From: Thermoplasmatales archaeon
Lineage (GTDB): Archaea > Thermoplasmatota > Thermoplasmata > Thermoplasmatales > Thermoplasmataceae
Assembly (NCBI GenBank): GCA_027310185.1
Contig: DAIDBH010000006.1
Location: 1 to 64,000 of the forward strand
Direction: 5' to 3'
DNA: 64,000 nt
Below are positions 60,619 through 64,000 of this stretch, piece after piece. Position 1 is the first letter of the stretch; each line of letters begins with the position of its first letter. The position numbers and the translations under genes were made by a program. The notes below the pieces were generated by a model. The model made no database searches. It saw nothing but the letters and a program-made list of their open reading frames with translations, and had not been told where the DNA came from.

Positions 60619-61779
60619 TCAATCAATTTTCCTTCCTTCCCGGAAATCCTTTATCAGTGCCCCCGATATGAGCTTTTTTCTTATTTCTGTAGTTCCTGCT
60701 CCTATCTGCCCCAGTATTGCATCCCTGTTTAGTCTGTCGATACCAGTATCGTGCATATATCCTGCTCCCCCGAAAATCTGGATACACTCCCGTGATATAT
60801 ACTCGGAAACCTGTGCAGAATAAAGAATTGAAGCTGCGGCATTCTTCACATCCATCCTGTTCTTATCAAGATGCTCCAGGGTTTCATAAGCCAGTAATTT
60901 TGCAGCCCTGTATTGGGTATACATTGTTGCCAGCTTGTCCTGTATCATTTCGAATTTATACAGTGATTCGCCAAATTGTTTCCTTTCCACTGAGTATTTT
61001 ATAGCCTCCTCCAGCGATCTCCTCGCAAGTCCTACGAATATGAATGACAGGATAGCCCTTTCTGAATTTAATCCGCCCAGTATTATGTGTTTACCATGAT
61101 TTTCCTTTCCAATGAGTCTCTTTTCAGAGACTTTCAGATCCTGGAAATATATTTCACCAGTTGGTGATCCCCGCATTCCCATCTTATCAAACTTTTTTCC
61201 TTTTGAGAAACCATCATCTGTTGCAAGAATAATGAAGGCGGAATGTTCCTTTCCTGTCCTGCAGTAGGTTAGGAACAGATCTGCGTAAGGTGCATTTGTT
61301 ATGTATGTTTTGGAGCCATTAATTATATAACTGTCTCCTTCTCTTTGAGCGCTTGTTTTCATGTTCAATGCATCAGAGCCAGATTCTGGTTCAGTCAGGC
61401 CAAGTGAACCGATCCAATCGCCTGATACCAGTTTTGGCACATAAGATTCTTTCTGTTCATCATTCCCATTCCGGTACAGATTATCAAGTGTGAGATTACT
61501 GTGAGCTCCATAGCTCAAAGCCAGTGAAGGAGATGAATAACCTACTTCTTCCTCTATAATTGCCTGTCCAAGATATCCCAGGTTTGCACCTCCAAACTCC
61601 TCACCTACAGTAATGCCCAGATAACCCATTTTTCCCATATTCCTGAAGACCTTTTCTGGAAAATAATCCTCCAGGTCCATCTTCTTTGCTATGGGTTCAA
61701 CTTCACGCTGAACAAATTCCCTGACATTGTTCCTTAATTCATCATATATTTCTTCTTCAACCATGAATGGGTTAATCAT
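60619..61779 (-). CDS. Acyl-CoA dehydrogenase (isovaleryl-CoA type)
   Basis: LSYGAHSNL, TEPESGSD, GMRGS, IGAGTTEI. Confidence 0.92.
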   Translation of the reverse strand: MINPFMVEEEIYDELRNNVREFVQREVEPIAKKMDLEDYFPEKVFRNMGKMGYLGITVGEEFGGANLGYLGQAIIEEEVGYSSPSLALSYGAHSNLTLDNLYRNGNDEQKESYVPKLVSGDWIGSLGLTEPESGSDALNMKTSAQREGDSYIINGSKTYITNAPYADLFLTYCRTGKEHSAFIILATDDGFSKGKKFDKMGMRGSPTGEIYFQDLKVSEKRLIGKENHGKHIILGGLNSERAILSFIFVGLARRSLEEAIKYSVERKQFGESLYKFEMIQDKLATMYTQYRAAKLLAYETLEHLDKNRMDVKNAAASILYSAQVSEYISRECIQIFGGAGYMHDTGIDRLNRDAILGQIGAGTTEIRKKLISGALIKDFREGRKID

Positions 61780-62186
61780 TCCTTAAAATAACCTTATTTC
61801 TCTTTTATAAACATTCCAGTTTTTCTAATCAGCTATTGATTCCTGCATAGTGAGATATACGGCACAATTACCTTTGTGCCAGTGGATCACCTTTCAGATG
61901 GTGGTTGGATTCTATCACTCAAGAATTGCTTTTATTCTCAACATTTTGGATTATTCTATCTTCCTCTAAAAATTCATTCAGTTTTCCTATGCTGTCCCAT
62001 GGAAATCCTCATGATTAGATATTATAGAGTTAATGGATTGTGACCAGCCTCCAGATTGTTTTTTGCTATTTTTATGCCTACAGGTCATGGGGCTTGGCCA
62101 TTTTATTTTCAGATTTTAAATCCGAATTATATCGCACATAGGGTTTCTTACGAAAGAATTTAATTACATAATCCTGATGATATTGT

Positions 62187-62672
62187 ATGAATGATGACAA
62201 ATTTGGGATGGATCAGGAATCTCACAGAAAAATTGCATCTGCGCTGTTCAATCACACCTGGAACCTGATGGAAAAAACCAGAACGCCCTATGAGGATGAA
62301 ATTATGATTAGCGAAGCTCAAGCATCATTATTCCACTGGAGATATGCAGGCGATAATCTTGAATTTTCAAGAGGTCACTGGATTATTTCAAGGGTATATT
62401 CTATTCTCTCAATGCCTGAATCTGCTATATATCACGGGAGAAGATGCCTGGAATTTTGTAAGATTGGCAATCTGAATGATTTCGATTTTGGATTTGCTTA
62501 TGAAGCATTAGCCAGGGCATATTATATAGAAGGTGACTTCAATGAATTTGAAAAAAACTTTAGAATTGCAAAAGAATTTGCAAAAAAAATAAAAAGTACA
62601 GATGACAGGAAATGGCTGGAGACAAATCTCAATAGTATTAGTGAAAATAAAGGAGATAAGCATGATGTTTAA
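62187..62672 (+). CDS. Hypothetical helical protein
   Basis: FNHTWNL, ASLFHW, AYEALARA. Confidence 0.75.
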   Translation: MNDDKFGMDQESHRKIASALFNHTWNLMEKTRTPYEDEIMISEAQASLFHWRYAGDNLEFSRGHWIISRVYSILSMPESAIYHGRRCLEFCKIGNLNDFDFGFAYEALARAYYIEGDFNEFEKNFRIAKEFAKKIKSTDDRKWLETNLNSISENKGDKHDV

Positions 62673-62871
62673 GTATTCACAGCTTAACTTATGCACAATA
62701 TGCTTCCTTACTTTTAAGATCAGGTATCAAACTGAACTGTGTTATTCCTGTAAACTTATTGCAATGTTAACTTTGAAACCAAGGATATAACATATTAGCC
62801 CGCATTTTAATCCAATCAATGATCGCATAAATAAAAACAGGCGGCTTGGTTTCAGCCTGATGATCAAGTAG

Positions 62872-62956
62872 TGCGAGGGATGGGATTTGAACCCACGAAC
62901 GCCTACGCGACTGAATCTTAAGTCCAGCACCTTTGGCCAAGCTCAGCAACCCTCGC
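62872..62956 (-). tRNA. tRNA-Leu(TAA)
   Basis: GCGAGGG acceptor stem, CTGGA-CT-TAA-GA-TTCAG anticodon arm, long variable arm, GTTCAAATC T-loop. Confidence 0.97.
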
Positions 62957-63039
62957 TTAAATTCCGTAGTTCATAATGGATAAAATAGATTTTCATATTA
63001 AGCCAATCTGATTTATATATTCTTAATACATTCATGATT

Positions 63040-63318
63040 ATGGTGTTTCAGGGAGGTCTTCCAGATAACGGGGAGATAATTAATTTTGAAATAGAAGAAG
63101 AACCAAAATGGGTAAAGGTAAAGCTGGAAGATGGTTCTGTAATCCAGATTAAGATGGAAATCGTTGCAATAATGAAAGGTGGCAATGATCCAAATACGGG
63201 GCTTCCAATTTATATGGTTCAGGCAACCAACATTATTAGAATGAATCAGGTTCCTAAGGAATTGATCAAGAAAAATCCAGCAAAGGAAAAAGGGGCGGAT
63301 GGAACACTTTACAGATAA
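63040..63318 (+). CDS. Hypothetical protein
   Basis: LEDGSVI..DPNTGLPIY; first gene of an apparent operon. Confidence 0.75.
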   Translation: MVFQGGLPDNGEIINFEIEEEPKWVKVKLEDGSVIQIKMEIVAIMKGGNDPNTGLPIYMVQATNIIRMNQVPKELIKKNPAKEKGADGTLYR

Positions 63319-63721
63319 AAAGAATAAAAGCATAGATCTTCTGGATGAAAAGATCCTTGAATTGCTTCGAATAAACAGTAGGTTTACTAACAAGGCTATT
63401 GCAACTGTCATTAATGTTTCAGAAGGAACCGTAAGAAGGAGGATAAAGAACCTTCAGGAAAGGAAAGTAATAAGCAGGTTTACCATAGAAACAACAGAAA
63501 TGAAGGAGGCCATCATCCTTTCCAGGTACGATCCTTCCAGCAAGTCCAATATATTGCAGGAACTGAAGAGGATATCAGCGAAGGTTTACGAGGTTGCTGG
63601 AAAATCGGATATGGCAATAATGGTTTCGTACAGGAACCTCATTGAACTGAATGAATTTATAGACAGGATAAGGGAGATTAGAGGAATAAAGAATACAGAA
63701 ACAATGATAAGACTAAAATGA
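63299..63721 (+). CDS. Lrp/AsnC family regulator
   Basis: LDEKILELLRINSR..SEGTVRRRI..L, C-terminal RAM domain. Confidence 0.92.
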   Translation: MEHFTDKKNKSIDLLDEKILELLRINSRFTNKAIATVINVSEGTVRRRIKNLQERKVISRFTIETTEMKEAIILSRYDPSSKSNILQELKRISAKVYEVAGKSDMAIMVSYRNLIELNEFIDRIREIRGIKNTETMIRLK

Positions 63722-63804
63722 TCTATCCTTCTTATAATAGCCTGTGCCAATAATTGAGATATGATTAAATACCTTTTTTTGATTTACAGCATAAGTGATT
63801 CGCA

Positions 63805-64000
63805 ATGTCAGAAGAAAATAACATCATTTACGTAGGAAAAAAGCCGACAATGAATTATGTGCTAGCTGTAGTTACCCAGTTCAACACCAACAATGTGGAA
63901 AAAATAGTAATAAAGGCTAGAGGAAAATCCATAAGCAAGGCCGTGGATATAGCAGAAATTACCAAGAACAAATTCATGCCAAATGCAAAGTACTCAGACA
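63805..64000 (+). CDS. albA: Chromatin protein Alba (truncated by the window end)
   Basis: [28 protein letters not shown]. Confidence 0.95.
   Translation, partial: MSEENNIIYVGKKPTMNYVLAVVTQFNTNNVEKIVIKARGKSISKAVDIAEITKNKFMPNAKYSD

Noticed and set aside
61780-62870. Possible islet at the 3' end of tRNA-Leu
   Set aside because: No duplicated tRNA end or integrase trace found
36591-63411. Numerous 60-155 aa ORFs overlapping core genes
   Set aside because: Antisense or alternate-frame shadows of well-supported genes

Overview
Archaeal chromosome segment, most consistent with a Thermoplasmatales organism (Cuniculiplasma/G-plasma-like gene content; inferred from the proteins, not searched). Positions ~1-33.55 kb are the right part of an AT-rich integrated plasmid-like element. 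It carries a prim-pol plus P-loop ATPase replication module, a dense defence cargo and a repeat/palindrome-rich non-coding region, and ends with a tyrosine integrase next to a tRNA-3'-end-like att site. The cargo comprises a HEPN-STAND-TPR-CSD NLR-like gene, an orphan HEPN, type I RM with an M48 protease, PUA-like proteins, a divergent RNase HIII / Zn-PIN pair, a fused BsuBI/PstI-like RM, a type III Res remnant, SIR2, HNH, AbiV-like and PD-(D/E)XK genes. Positions 33.55-35.9 kb hold two older decayed islets, each closed by a further degenerate att copy; one retains a fossil integrase. From ~36 kb the window is core genome: lutAB-like genes, an unannotated multi-hairpin H/ACA-like RNA, M50 and M20 peptidases, nurA-herA-mre11-rad50, sufCBDSU with a SufR-like regulator, ThrDH, rqcH, PGI/PMI, arcA, nmd3, an acyl-CoA dehydrogenase, tRNA-Leu(TAA), Lrp and Alba. 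The best candidates for new biology are the RNase HIII / TBP-like-Zn-PIN pair, the HEPN-NLR-CSD gene with a structured insertion, the duplicated two-palindrome module, the att/integrase fossil series and the H/ACA RNA.
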